Origin: Camelus dromedarius
Lineage: Eukaryota
NCBI RefSeq assembly: GCF_036321535.1
Contig: NC_087436.1
Location: 496,001-560,000, forward strand
Direction of reading: 5' to 3'
DNA length: 64,000 bases
The notes below the pieces were generated by a model that searched no databases, was not told where the DNA came from, and worked only from the letters and a program-made list of their open reading frames with translations. The position numbers were made by a program, and so were the translations under genes. This document shows positions 26,601 to 39,300 of this stretch, piece by piece (within the stretch, counting starts at the first letter, position 1; each line of letters opens with the position of its first letter).

Positions 26601-26950
26601 TCAGAACTGAGCAAGTGGGGAGACGTTCGTTCATCTAGCACCAAGGGAACGGGTTGCAGGAGACACTTTTTCTCTGTTTTCTCAGTCTGTTTCCTAGTGC
26701 CGGTTTGAAGTTCCTGCAGTTTTCACTGTGAATTCGAGTTGGAGCTTCTACCTCCCCATATATATGTATGGAATGGAGTTTGCAACTGAAAAATAACTTT
26801 GTGTTCCCTACAAGCAAGGTGAAGGACGGCTTTCACACACACTTATCTTTCAGAACTGAGCAAGTGGAGAGACGTTCGTTCATCTAGCACCAAGGGAACG
26901 GGTTGCAGGAGACACTTTTTCTCTGCTTCCTCAGTCTGTTTCCTAGTGCC
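14660..26950 (+). repeat. Higher-order block 2: tandem duplication with a 26-mer offset (6473 bp), containing a nested 6-mer (1494 bp) duplication
   Basis: ORF pairs 14685/21158, 16925/23398, 17516/23989, 18170/24643, 18917/25390 and 20162/26635 are all offset by 6473. Pairs 17516/19010, 17672/19166, 17940/19434 and 18170/19664 are offset by 1494. Confidence 0.93.
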
Positions 26951-29900
26951 GGTTTGAAGTTCCTGCAGTTTTCATTGTCAAACCGATTTGGAGCTAGTAT
27001 CTCCCCTTATATATGTATGGAATGGAGTTTACAACTGAAAAGAAACTTTGTGTTCCCAACAAGCTTGGTGAAGAGCGGCTTTCACACACACTTATCTCTC
27101 AGAACTGAGCAAGTGGAGAGACGTTCGTTCATCCAGCACCAAGGGAACGGGTTGCAGGAGACACTTTTTCTCTGCTTTCTCAGTCTGTTTCCTAGTGCCG
27201 GTTTGAAGTTCCTGCAGTTATCACTGTCAAACCGTGTTGGAGCTAGTACCTCCCCATATATATGTATGGAATGGAGTTTGCAACTGAAAAGAAACTTTGT
27301 GTTCCCAACAAGCTAGGTGAAGGACGGCTTTCACACACACTTATCTCTCAGAACTGAGCAAGTGGAGAGACGTTCGTTCATCTAGCACCAAGGGAACGGT
27401 TTGCAGGAGACACTTTTTCTCTGTTTTCTCAGTCTGTTTCCTAGTGCCGGTTTGAAGTTCCTGCAGATTTCACTGTGAAACCCAGTTGGAGCTTCTACCT
27501 CCCCATATATATGTATGGAATGGAGTTTGCAACTGAAAAGAAACTTTGTGTTCCCAACAAGCAAGGTGAAGGACGGCTTTCACACACACTTATCTTTCAG
27601 AACTGAGCAAGTGGAGAGACGTTCGTTCATCTAGCACCAAGGGAACGGGTTGCAGGAGACACTTTTTCTCTGCTTTCTCAGTCTGTTTCCTAGTGCCGGT
27701 TTGAAGTTCCTGCAGTTTTCACTGTCAATCCGAGTTGGAGCTAGTACCTCCCCGTATATATGTATGGAATGGAGTTTGCAACTGAAAAGAAACTTTGTGT
27801 TCCCAACAAGCTAGGTGAAGGACGGCTTTCACACACATTTATCTCTCAGAACTGAGCAAGTGGAGAGACGTTCGTTCATGTAGCACCAAGGGAACGGGTA
27901 GCAGGAGACACTATTTCTCTGCTTTCTCAGTCTGTTTCCTTGTGCCGGTTAGAAGTTCCTGCAGTTTTCACTGTCAAACCGTGTTGGAGCTAGTACCTCC
28001 CCATATATATGTATGGAATGGAGTTTGCAACTGAAAAGAAACTTTGTGTTCCCAACAAGCTAGGTGAAGGACGGCTTTCACACACACTTATCTCTCAGAA
28101 CTGAGCAAGTGGAGAGACGTTCGTTCATCTAGCACCAAGGGAACGGGTTGCAGGAGACACTTTTTCTCTGCTTTCTCAGTCTGTTTCCTAGTGCCGGTTT
28201 GAAGTTCCTGCAGTTTTCACTGTCAAACCGAGTTGGAGCTAGTACCTCCCCATATATATGTATGGATTGGAGTTGGCAACTGAAAAGAAACTTTGTGTTC
28301 CAAACAAGCTAGTTGAAGGACGGCTTTCACACACACATATCTCTCAGAACTGAGCAAGTGGAGAGACGTTCGTTCATCTAGCACCAAGGGAACGGGTTGC
28401 AGGAGACATTTTTTCTCTGCTTTCTCAGTCTGTTTCCTAGTGCCGGTTTGAAGTTCCTGCAGTTTTCACTGTCAAACCGAGTTGGAGCTAGTACCTCCCC
28501 ATATATATGTATGGATTGGAGTTGGCAACTGAAAAGAAACTTTGTGTTCCAAACAAGCTAGTTGAAGGACGGCTTTCACACACACATATCTCTCAGAACT
28601 GAGGAAGTGGAGAGACGTTCGTTCATCTAGCACCAAGGGAACGGGTTGCAGGAGACACTTTTTCTCTGCTTCCTCAGTCTGTTTCCTAGTGCCGGTTTGA
28701 AGTTCCTGCAGTTTTCACTGTAAAACCGAGTTGGAGCTTGTACCTACCCATATATATGTATGGAATGGAGTTTGCAACTGAAAAGAAACTCTGTGTTCCC
28801 AACAAGCTAGGTGAAGGACGGCTTTCACACACACTTATCTCTCAGAACTGAGCAAGTGGAGAGACGTTCGTTCATCTAGCACCAAGGGAACGGGTTGCAG
28901 GAGACACTTTTTCTCTGTTTTCTCAGTCTGTTTCCTAGTGCCCGTTTGAAGTTCCTGCAGTTTTCACTGTGAATTCGAGTTGGAGCTTCTACCTCCCCAT
29001 ATATATGTATGGAATGGAGTTTGCAACTGAAAAGTAACTTTGTGTTCCCTACAAGCAAGGTGAAGGACGGCTTTCACACACACTTATCTTTCAGAACTGA
29101 GCAAGTGGAGAGACGTTCGTTCATCTAGCACCAAGTGAACGGGTTGCAGGAGACACTTTTTCTCTGCTTTCTCAGTCTGTTTCCTAGTGCCGGTTTTAAG
29201 TTCCTGCAGTTTTCACTGTAAAACCGTGTTGGAGTTTCTACCGCCCCATATATATGTATGGAATGGAGTTTGCAACTGAAAAGAAACTTTGTGTTCCCAA
29301 CAAGCAAGGTGAAGGACGGTTTTCACACACACTTATCTCTCAGAACTGAGCAAGTGGAGAGACGTTCGTTCATCTAGCACCAAGGGAACGGGTTGGAGGA
29401 GACACTTTTTCTCTGCTTTCTCAGTCTTTTTCCTAGTGCCGGTTTGAAGTTCCTGCAGTTTTCACTGTAAAACAGAGTTGGAGCTAGTAATTCCCCATAT
29501 ATATGTATGGAATGGAGTTTGCAACTGAAAAGAAACTTTGTGTTCCCAACAAGCTAGTTGAAGGACGGCTTTCACACACACTTATCTCTCAGAACTGAGC
29601 AAGTGGAGAGACGTTCGTTCATGTAGCACAAAGGGAACGGGTTGCAGGAGACACTTTTTCTCTGCTTTCTCAGTCTGTTTCCTAGTGCCGGTTTGAAGTT
29701 CCTGCAGTTTTCACTGTCAAACCGTGTTGGAGCTAGTACCTCCCCATATATATGTATGGAATGGAGTTGGCAACAGAAAAGAAACTTTGTGTTCCAAACA
29801 AGCTAGTTGAAGGACGGCTTTCACACACACTTATCTCTCAGAACTGAGCAAGTGGAGAGACGTTCGTTCATCTAGCACCAAGGGAACGGGTTGGAGGAGA

Positions 29901-30349
29901 CACTTTTTCTCTGCTTTCTCAGTCTTTTTCCTAGTGCCGGTTTGAAGTTCCTGCAGTTTTCACTGTAAAACAGACTTGGAGCTAGTAATTCCCCATATAT
30001 ATGTATGGAATGGAGTTTGCAACTGAAAAGAAACTTTGTGTTCCCAACAAGCTAGTTGAAGGACGGCTTTCACACACACTTATCTCTCAGAACTGAGCAA
30101 GTGGAGAGACGTTCGTTCATGTAGCACAAAGGGAACGGGTTGCAGGATACACTTTTTCTCTGCTTTCTCAGTCTGTTTCCTAGTGCCGGTTTGAAGTTCC
30201 TGCAGTTTTCACTGTCAAACCGTGTTGGAGCTAGTACCTCCCCATATATATGTATGGAATGGAGTTGGCAACAGAAAAGAAACTTTGTGTTCCAAACAAG
30301 CTAGTTGAAGGACGGCTTTCACACACACATATATCTCAGAACTGAGCAA

Positions 30350-33300
30350 GTGGAGAGACGTTCGTTCATCTAGCACCAAGGGAACGGGTTGCAGGAGACA
30401 CTTTTTCTCTGCTTCCTCAGTCTGTTTCCTAGTGCCGGTTTGAAGTTCCTGCAGTTTTCACTGTAAAACCGAGTTGGAGCTTGTACCTCCCCATATATAT
30501 GTATGGAATGGAGTTTGCAACTGAAAAGAAACTTTGTGTTCCCAACAAGCTAGGTGAAGGACGGCTTTCACACACACGTATCTCTCAGAACTGAGCAAGT
30601 GTAGAGACGTTCGTTCATCCAGCACCAAGGGAACGGGTTGCAGGAGACACTTTTTCTCTGCTTTCTCAGTCTGTTTCCTAGTGCCGGTTTGAAGTTCCTG
30701 CAGTTATCACTGTAAAACAGAGTTGGAGCTTGTACCTCCCCATATATACGTATGGAATGGAGTTTGCAACTGAAAAGAAACTTTGTGTTCCCAAAAAGCT
30801 AGGTGAAGGACGGCTTTCACACACACTTATCTCTCAGAACTGAGCAAGTGGAGAGACGTTCGTTCATCTAGCACCAAGGGAACGGGTTGCAGGAGACACT
30901 TTTTCTCTGTTTTCTCAGTCTGTTTCCTAGTGCCGGTTTGAAGTTCCTGCAGTTTTCACTGTGAAATCGAGTTGGAGCTTCTACCTCCCCTTATATATGT
31001 ATGGAATGGAGATTGCAACTGAAAAGAAACTTTGTGTTCCCAACAAGCTTGGTGAAGAGCGGCTTTCACACACACTTATCTCTCCGAACTGAGCAAGTGG
31101 AGAGACGTTCGTTCATCTAGCACCAAGTGAACGGGTTGCAGGAGACACTTTTTCTCTGCTTTCTCAGTCTGTTTCCTAGTGCCGGTTTGATGTTCCTGCA
31201 GTTTTCACTGTCAAACCGAGTTGGAGCTAGTACCTCCCATATATATGTATGGAATGGAGTTTGCAACTGAAAAGAAACTTTGTGTTCCCAACAAGCTAGG
31301 TGAAGGACGGCTTTCACACACACTTATCTCTCAGAACTGAGCAAGTGGAGAGACGTTCTTTCATGTAGCACCAAGGGAACGGGTTGCAGGAGACACTTTT
31401 TCTCTGCTTTCTCAGTCTGTTTCCTAGTGCCGATTTGAAGTTCCTGCAGTTTTCACTGTAAAACCGAGTTGGAGCTAGTACCTCCCCATATATATGTATG
31501 GAATGGAGTTTGCAACTGAAAAGAAACTTTGTGTTCCCAACAAGCTAGGTGAAGGACGGCTTTCACACACACTTATTTCCCAGAACTGAGCAAGTGGAGA
31601 GACGTTCGTTCATCTAGCACCAAGGAAACGGGTTGCAGGAGACACTTTTTCTCTGCTTTCTCTGTCTGTTTCCTAGTGCCGGTATGAAGTTCCTGCAGTT
31701 TTCACTGTAAAACCGAGTTGGAGCTTGTACCTCCCCATATATATGTATGGAATGGAGTTTGCAACTGAAAAGAAACTTTGTGTTCCCAACAAGCTAGGTG
31801 AAGGACGGCTTTCACACACACTTATCTCTCAGAACTGAGCAAGTGGAGAGACGTTCGTTCATCTAGCACCAAGGGAACGGGTTGCAGGGGACACTTTTTC
31901 TCTGCTTTCTCAGTCTGTTTCCTAGTGCCGGTTTGAAGTTCCTGCAGTTTTCACTGTCAAACCGAGTTGGAGCTTCTACCTCCCCATATATATGTATGGA
32001 ATGGAGATTGCAACTGAAAAGAAACTTTGTGTTCCCAACAAGATAGGTGAAGGACGGCTTTCACACACACTTATCTCTCAGAAATGAGCAAGTGGAGAGA
32101 CGTTCGTTCATCTAGCACCAAGGGAACGGGTTGCAGGAGACACTTTTTCTCTGCTTTCTCAGTCTGTTTCCTAGTGCCGGTTTGAAGTTCCTGCAGTTTT
32201 CACTGTCAAACCGAGTTGGAGCTAGTACCTCCCCATATATATGTATGGAATGGAGTTTGCAACTGAAAAGAAACTTTGTGTTCCCAACAAGCTAGGTGAA
32301 GGACGGCTTTCACACACACTTATCTCTCAGAACAGAGCAAGTGGAGAGACGTTCGTTCATCTAGCACCAAGGGAACGGGTTGCAGGAGTCACTTTTTCTC
32401 TGCTTTCTCAGTCTGTTTCCTAGTGCCGTTTTGAAGTTCCTGCAGTTTTCACTGTCAAACCGAGTTGGAGCTAGTACCTCCCCATATATATGTATGGAAT
32501 GGAGTTTGCAACTGAAAAGAAACTGTGTTCCCAACAAGCTAGGTGAAGGACGGCTTTCACACGCACATATCTCTCAGAACTGAGCAAGTGGAGAGACGTT
32601 CGTTCATCTAGCACCAAGGGAACGGGTTGCAGGAGACACTTTTTCTCTGCTTCCTCAGTCTGTTTCCTAGTGCCGGTTTGAAGTTCCTGCAGTTTTCACT
32701 GTCAAACCGAGTTGGAGCTTCTACCTCCCCATATATATGTATGGAATGGAGTTTGCAACTGAAAAGAAACTTTGTGTTCCCAACAAGCTAGGTGAAGGAC
32801 GGCTTTCACACGCACTTATCTCTCAGAACTGAGCAAGTGGAGAGACGTTCGTTCATCTAGCACCAAGGGAACGGGTTGCAGGAGACACTTTTTCTCTGCT
32901 TTCTCAGTCTGTTTCCTAGTGCCGGTTTGAAGTTCCTGCAGTTTTCACTGTCAAACCGTGTTGGAGCTAGTACCTCCCCATATATATGTATGGAATGGAG
33001 TTGGCAACAGAAAAGAAACTTTGTGTTCCAAACAAGCTAGTTGAAGGACGGCTTTCACACACACATATCTCTCAGAACTGAGCAAGTGGAGAGACGTTCG
33101 TTCATCTAGCACCAAAGGAACGGGTTGCAGGAGACACTTTTTCTCTGCTTCCTCAGTCTGTTTCCTAGTGCCGGTTTGAAGTTCCTGCAGTTTTCACTGT
33201 CAAACCGTGTTGGAGCTAGTACCTCCCCATATATATGTATGGAATGGAGTTGGCAACAGAAAAGAAACTTTGTGTTCCAAACAAGCTAGTTGAAGGACGG

Positions 33301-36300
33301 CTTTCACACACACATATATCTCAGAACTGAGCAAGTGGAGAGACGTTCGTTCATCTAGCACCAAGGGAACGGGTTGCAGGAGACACTTTTTCTCTGCTTC
33401 CTCAGTCTGTTTCCTAGTGCCGGTTTGAAGTTCCTGCAGTTTTCACTGTAAAACCGAGTTGGAGCTTGTACCTCCCCATATATATGTATGGAATGGAGTT
33501 TGCAACTGAAAAGAAACTTTGTGTTCCCAACAAGCTAGGTGAAGGACGGCTTTCACACACACGTATCTCTCAGAACTGAGCAAGTGTAGAGACGTTCGTT
33601 CATCCAGCACCAAGGGAACGGGTTGCAGGAGACACTTTTTCTCTGCTTTCTCAGTCTGTTTCCTAGTGCCGGTTTGAAGTTCCTGCAGTTATCACTGTAA
33701 AACAGAGTTGGAGCTTGTACCTCCCCATATATACGTATGGAATGGAGTTTGCAACTGAAAAGAAACTTTGTGTTCCCAAAAAGCTAGGTGAAGGACGGCT
33801 TTCACACACACTTATCTCTCAGAACTGAGCAAGTGGAGAGACGTTCGTTCATCTAGCACCAAGGGAACGGGTTGCAGGAGACACTTTTTCTCTGTTTTCT
33901 CAGTCTGTTTCCTAGTGCCGGTTTGAAGTTCCTGCAGTTTTCACTGTCAAATCGAGTTGGAGCTTCTACCTCCCCATATATATGTATGGAATGGAGTTTG
34001 CAACTGAAAAGAAACTTTGTGTTCCCAACAAGCTAGGTGAAGGACGGCTTTCACACACACTTATCTCTCCGAACCGAGCAAGTGGAGAGACGTTCGTTCA
34101 TCTAGCACCAAGTAAACGGGTTGCAGGAGACACTTTTTCTCTGCTTTCTCAGTCTGTTTCCTAGTGCTGGTTTGATGTTCCTGCAGTTTTCACTGTCAAA
34201 CCGAGTTGGAGCTAGTACCTCCCATATATATGTATGGAATGGAGTTTGCAACTGAAAAGAAACTTTGTGTTCCCAACAAGCTAGGTGAAGGACGGCTTTC
34301 ACACACACTTATCTCTCAGAACTGAGCAAGTGGAGAGACGTTCGTTCATGTAGCACCAAGGGAACGGGTTGCAGGAGACACTTTTTCTCTGCTTTCTCAG
34401 TCTGTTTCCTAGTGCCGATTTGAAGTTCCTGCAGTTTTCACTGTAAAACCGTGTTGGAGCTAGTACCTCCCCATATATATGTATGGAATGGAGTTTGCAA
34501 CTGAAAAGAAACTTTGTGTTCCCAACAAGCTAGGTGAAGGACGACTTTCACACACACTTATTTCCCAGAACTGAGCAAGTGGAGAGACGTTCGTTCATCT
34601 AGCACCAAGGAAACGGGTTGCAGGAGACACTTTTTCTCTGCTTTCTCTGTCTGTTTCCTAGTGCCGGTATGAAGTTCCTGCAGTTTTCACTGTAAAACCG
34701 AGTTGGAGCTTCTACCTCCCCATATATATGTATGGAATGGAGATTGCAACTGAAAAGAAACTTTGTGTTCCCAACAAGATAGGTGAAGGACGGCTTTCTC
34801 ACACACTTATCTCTCAGAAATGAGCAAGTGGAGAGACGTTCGTTCATCTAGCACCAAGGGAACGGGTTGCAGGAGACACTTTTTCTCTGCTTTCTCAGTC
34901 TGTTTCCTAGTGCCGGTTTGAAGTTCCTGCAGTTTTCACTGTCAAACCGAGTTGGAGCTAGTACCTCCCCATATATATGTATGGAATGGAGTTTGCAACT
35001 GAAAAGAAACTTTGTGTTCCCAACAAGCTAGGTGAAGGACGGCTTTCACACACACTTATCTCTCAGAACAGAGCAAGTGGAGAGACGTTCGTTCATCTAG
35101 CACCAAGGGAACGGGTTGCAGGAGTCACTTTTTCTCTGCTTTCTCAGTCTGTTTCCTAGTGCCGTTTTGAAGTTCCTGCAGTTTTCACTGTCAAACCGAG
35201 TTGGAGCTAGTACCTCCCCATATATATGTATGGAATGGAGTTTGCAACTGAAAAGAAACTGTGTTCCCAACAAACTAGGTGAAGGACGGCTTTCACACGC
35301 ACATATCTCTCAGAACTGAGCAAGTGGAGAGACGTTCGTTCATCTAGCACCAAGGGAACGGGTTGCAGGAGACACTTTTTCTCTGCTTTCTCTGTCTGTT
35401 TCCTAGTGCCGGTATGAAGTTCCTGCAGTTTTCACTGTAAAACCGAGTTGGAGCTTGTACCTCCCCATATATATGTATGGAATGGAGTTTGCAACTGAAA
35501 AGAAACTTTGTGTTCCCAACAAGCTAGGTGAAGGACGGCTTTCACACACACTTATCTCTCAGAACTGAGCAAGTGGAGAGACGTTCGTTCATCTAGCACC
35601 AAGGGAACGGGTTGCAGGGGACACTTTTTCTCTGCTTTCTCAGTCTGTTTCCTAGTGCCGGTTTGAAGTTCCTGCAGTTTTCACTGTCAAACCGAGTTGG
35701 AGCTTCTACCTCCCCATATATATGTAAGGAATGGAGATTGCAACTGAAAAGAAACTTTGTGTTCCCAACAAGATAGGTGAAGGACGGCTTTCACACACAC
35801 TTATCTCTCAGAAATGAGCAAGTGGAGAGACGTTCGTTCATCTAGCACCAAGGGAACGGGTTGCAGGAGACACTTTTTCTCTGCTTTCTCAGTCTGTTTC
35901 CTAGTGCCGGTTTGAAGTTCCTGCAGTTTTCACTGTCAAACCGAGTTGGAGCTAGTACCTCCCCATATATATGTATGGAATGGAGTTTGCAACTGAAAAG
36001 AAACTTTGTGTTCCCAACAAGCTAGGTGAAGGACGGCTTTCACACACACTTATCTCTCAGAACAGAGCAAGTGGAGAGACGTTCGTTCATCTAGCACCAA
36101 GGGAACGGGTTGCAGGAGTCACTTTTTCTCTGCTTTCTCAGTCTGTTTCCTAGTGCCGTTTTGAAGTTCCTGCAGTTTTCACTGTCAAACCGAGTTGGAG
36201 CTAGTACCTCCCCATATATATGTATGGAATGGAGTTTGCAACTGAAAAGAAACTGTGTTCCCAACAAGCTAGGTGAAGGACGGCTTTCACACGCACATAT

Positions 36301-39300
36301 CTCTCAGAACTGAGCAAGTGGAGAGACGTTCGTTCATCTAGCACCAAGGGAACGGGTTGCAGGAGACACTTTTTCTCTGCTTCCTCAGTCTGTTTCCTAG
36401 TGCCGGTTTGAAGTTCCTGCAGTTTTCACTGTCAAACCGAGTTGGAGCTTCTACCTCCCCATATATATGTATGGAATGGAGTTTGCAACTGAAAAGAAAC
36501 TTTGTGTTCCCAACAAGCTAGGTGAAGGACGGCTTTCACACGCACTTATCTCTCAGAACTGAGCAAGTGGAGAGACGTTCGTTCATCTAGCACCAAGGGA
36601 ACGGGTTGCAGGAGACACTTTTTCTCTGCTTTCTCAGTCTGTTTCCTAGTGCCGGTTTGAAGTTCCTGCAGTTTTCACTGTCAAACCGTGTTGGAGCTAG
36701 TACCTCCCCATATATATGTATGGAATGGAGTTGGCAACAGAAAAGAAACTTTGTGTTCCAAACAAGCTAGTTGAAGGACGGCTTTCACACACACATATCT
36801 CTCAGAACTGAGCAAGTGGAGAGACGTTCGTTCATCTAGCACCAAGGGAACGGGTTGCAGGAGACACTTTTTCTCTGCTTCCTCAGTCTGTTTCCTAGTG
36901 CCGGTTTGAAGTTCCTGCAGTTTTCACTGTCAAACCGTGTTGGAGCTAGTACCTCCCCATATATATGTATGGAATGGAGTTGGCAATAGAAAAGAAACTT
37001 TGTGTTCCAAACAAGCTAGTTGAAGGACGGCTTTCACACACACATATATCTCAGAACTGAGCAAGTGGAGAGACGTTCGTTCATCTAGCACCAAGGGAAC
37101 GGGTTGCAGGAGACACTTTTTCTCTGCTTCCTCAGTCTGTTTCCTAGTGCCGGTTTGAAGTTCCTGCAGTTTTCACTGTAAAACCGAGTTGGAGCTTGTA
37201 CCTCCCCATATATATGTATGGAATGGAGTTTGCAACTGAAAAGAAACTTTGTGTTCCCAACAAGCTAGGTGAGGACGGCTTTCACACACACGTATCTCTC
37301 AGAACTGAGCAAGTGTAGAGACGTTCGTTCATCCAGCACCAAGGGAACGGGTTGCAGGAGACACTTTTTCTCTGCTTTCTCAGTCTGTTTCCTAGTGCCG
37401 GTTTGAAGTTCCTGCAGTTATCACTGTAAAACAGAGTTGGAGCTTGTACCTCCCCATATATACGTATGGAATGGAGTTTGCAACTGAAAAGAAACTTTGT
37501 GTTCCCAAAAAGCTAGGTGAAGGACGGCTTTCACACACACTTATCTCTCAGAACTGAGCAAGTGGAGAGACGTTCGTTCATCTAGCACCAAGGGAACGGG
37601 TTGCAGGAGACACTTTTTCTCTGTTTTCTCAGTCTGTTTCCTAGTGCCGGTTTGAAGTTCCTGCAGTTTTCACTGTCAAATCGAGTTGGAGCTTCTACCT
37701 CCCCATATATATGTATGGAATGGAGTTTGCAACTGAAAAGAAACTTTGTGTTCCCAACAAGCTAGGTGAAGGACGGCTTTCACACACACTTATCTCTCCG
37801 AACCGAGCAAGTGGAGAGACGTTCGTTCATCTAGCACCAAGTAAACGGGTTGCAGGAGACACTTTTTCTCTGCTTTCTCAGTCTGTTTCCTAGTGCTGGT
37901 TTGATGTTCCTGCAGTTTTCACTGTCAAACCGAGTTGGAGCTAGTACCTCCCATATATATGTATGGAATGGAGTTTGCAACTGAAAAGAAACTTTGTGTT
38001 CCCAACAAGCTAGGTGAAAGACGGCTTTCACACACACTTATCTCTCAGAACTGAGCAAGTGGAGAGACGTTCGTTCATGTAGCACCAAGGGAACGGGTTG
38101 CAGGAGACACTTTTTCTCTGCTTTCTCAGTCTGTTTCCTAGTGCCGATTTGAAGTTCCTGCAGTTTTCACTGTAAAACCGTGTTGGAGCTAGTACCTCCC
38201 CATATATATGTATGGAATGGAGTTTGCAACTGAAAAGAAACTTTGTGTTCCCAACAAGCTAGGTGAAGGACGTCTTTCACACACACTTATTTCCCAGAAC
38301 TGAGCAAGTGGAGAGACGTTCGTTCATCTAGCACCAAGGAAACGGGTTGCAGGAGAAACTTTTTCTCTGCTTTCTCTGTCTGTTTCCTAGTGCCGGTATG
38401 AAGTTCCTGCAGTTTTCACTGTAAAACCGAGTTGGAGCTTGTACCTCCCCATATATATGTATGGAATGGAGTTTGCAACTGAAAAGAAACTTTGTGTTCC
38501 CAACAAGCTAGGTGAAGGACGGCTTTCACACACACTTATCTCTCAGAACTGAGCAAGTGGAGAGACGTTCGTTCATCTAGCACCAAGGGAACGGGTTGCA
38601 TGGTACACTTTTTCTCTGCTTTCTCAGTCTGTTTCCTAGTGCCGGTTTGAAGTTCCTGCAGTTTTCACTGTCAAACCGAGTTGGAGCTTCTACCTCCCCA
38701 TATATATGTATGGAATGGAGATTGCAACTGAAAAGAAACTTTGTGTTCCCAACAAGATAGGTGAAGGACGGCTTTCACACACACTTATCTCTCAGAAATG
38801 AGCAAGTGGAGAGACGTTCGTTCATCTAGCACCAAGGGAACGGGTTGCAGGAGACACTTTTTCTCTGCTTTCTCAGTCTGTTTCCTAGTGCCGGTTTGAA
38901 GTTCCTGCAGTTTTCACTGTCAAACCGAGTTGGAGCTAGTACCTCCCCATATATATGTATGGAATGGAGTTTGCAACTGAAAAGAAACTTTGTGTTCCCA
39001 ACAAGCTAGGTGAAGGACGGCTTTCACACACACTTATCTCTCAGAACAGAGCAAGTGGAGAGACGTTCGTTCATCTAGCACCAAGGGAACGGGTTGCAGG
39101 AGTCACTTTTTCTCTGCTTTCTCAGTCTGTTTCCTAGTGCCGTTTTGAAGTTCCTGCAGTTTTCACTGTCAAACCGAGTTGGAGCTAGTACCTCCCCATA
39201 TATATGTATGGAATGGAGTTTGCAACTGAAAAGAAACTGTGTTCCCAACAAGCTAGGTGAAGGACGGCTTTCACACGCACATATCTCTCAGAACTGAGCA

